From positions 62,001 through 84,837 of the forward strand of contig LVLI01000905.1 of NCBI GenBank assembly GCA_001687465.1: 22,837 nt of DNA, given 5' to 3'. The position numbers and the translations under genes are program-made. Numbering within the stretch: the first letter of the stretch is position 1; each line of letters starts with the position of its first letter. Under the pieces are notes generated by a model. That model made no database searches and had not been told where the DNA came from. It saw only the letters and a program-made list of their open reading frames with translations. The DNA comes from Halocafeteria seosinensis. Lineage: Eukaryota. Positions 21,358-22,837 of this stretch are shown piece by piece.

Positions 21358-21767
21358 CAGATAACCCTGACGACGTCCACATGCATGACATATATGTTGA
21401 AGCACGGGAAACATTGCTAATCCCGAGTGGGAGTGGTGAGTCAGCTGACGATACAGACTTGCTGAGAATGAATAGTTAAAATTACTCTACAAGTGACCCC
21501 AGATCATCCAAGAAATGATCTATTATGTGCACATTCTCTCGCGTCACACAAAGCGAAATCTTTGACAGTCACAAAACCCCGAAAGTTGTTCCGTTCATCT
21601 TGGCATGCGGTTGCGACAACCGCTTCAGCAAATCCTCCGCTCCAACTGAAGTGTTCCAATAGCCTCCACAGGAAATGGGATGATTTCACGATCACACTAG
21701 CATATAAAAGGGCTTGCTTTGTTGAAGTTACTTCTGTTTTCTCAAACGCACTCTATCATATACCTGT

Positions 21768-22568
21768 GTAGTCACAGAAAGAATCACTCCAAAATCCATA
21801 AAGCTTCACTCTTCCTCGAGTTCACCAGTTGACCTACTCTGATTCTTGATGCATGCTGATGAGACCAGTGTGTGAGACGATATACGATAGGTGGTACCCG
21901 AAGCGACAGCAACCACCCACAGCCCACACAGCCACAGCGACACTGAAACGTGACTCATGGCGGCGGTGTGACAACACAATGGGTATGCACCCAGGAGCTG
22001 GTAGCGGTAAGCACAAACAAGGTCTGAACCATCCGGTCAAGGCAGAGTGCTCAGCGTACAGTAGTACTGGTTCCAGAATCAGCGCTGTGTATCTGTGTCA
22101 ATGCAAAAATTTTCATACCGCGAGACGAAGAACTGAGACGGATATGGTTTTCACCCGAGATGTTTGATACGAGAACAGCCAAAGAGGAAGCTACACGAAT
22201 TGACTTACAAGTGCAAGAGGATAGCAACAATAGCCTCCCAATCCTATTAAGCAATGAACTGCTAGCTAGCCATGCGGATGCACGGAGGTACGTGAGGGAA
22301 CCGATTCCTTAAGTTCGGGTTTGCGTCAATGCTTTGAAGTCCCTCGTTTGCGCTGCTTCTCTCCTCCTGCTGGGTGAAACAGTTGGCCCGTCGCTGCCAG
22401 ACACGGGTGCCAGCTGCTACCTAAGTGTAGCGGCTCACATCCAACTGCCGGTAGTCACAGTAAGAATCACTTCAATATCCCTAAAGATTCGCTCTTCCCC
22501 GAGTTCACCACTTGATCTCTTCTAATCCTTGATGCATGCTGATGCGACTAGTGTGCGAGACGATATAC
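21768..22568 (+). repeat. 118-bp diverged direct repeat (21768-21885 and 22451-22568)
   Basis: Ungapped alignment gtagtcacag...cgatatac with 16 mismatches (about 86%). After a gap the similarity resumes briefly (acagccacag.gaca.tg). Confidence 0.9.
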
Positions 22569-22837
22569 AATGTAGGTACAGCCACAGTGACAGTGTTGGA
22601 GCGGTTCCGGGTAGGGTTCACCCCTCAAACGGAGTAGCGTAGCCTGTAGCTTACGCGGCTTCCGGTCGGAGCAATACTAATACACACACGACCGCTTGGC
22701 TAAGACCGCGTCAAACAACCCAGTGGGTAATGGTTCCTCTTGCTTAGACTGGCCGCCTAGAGCTACGCACACGGTAGACGAAGTCGAGAAGTTTATCGAC
22801 TTCAGGCTCCACGACAAGCGGATCCTCGTCCACTGGA

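Overview
Eukaryotic genomic DNA from a compact, gene-dense unicellular eukaryote. It has short GT-AG introns (mostly 61-90 nt; donors GTAAG/GTACG) and the standard code. A stramenopile-like origin is a guess only. Contents in order: (1) the 3' part of a large Gly-rich/Cys-rich multi-TM protein of the plant At5g11700/At4g32920 'ephrin type-B receptor-like' family; (2) a 7-exon secreted GH16 beta-glucanase; (3) a 2-exon TPR protein with an unrecognised C-terminal half; (4) a 6-exon gene essentially missed by the ORF track that encodes a 230-aa ERCC1-type (inactive ERCC4 fold + HhH2) protein resembling PTD/SPO16 and FAAP24; (5) a small basic hypothetical protein; (6) a 6-exon secreted SOUL haem-binding protein; (7) a head-to-head pair of intronless paralogous type-I membrane proteins (GLUG-like repeats, Ser/Thr stalk, TM, conserved novel tail), each with an apparent frameshift; (8) a decayed zone from about 19.4 kb to the end, with an ankyrin pseudogene, a duplicated receptor fragment, a short AT-rich TIR element containing Ns, and a 118-bp direct repeat. 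All family assignments come from manual splicing/translation and recalled motifs; no searches were run.
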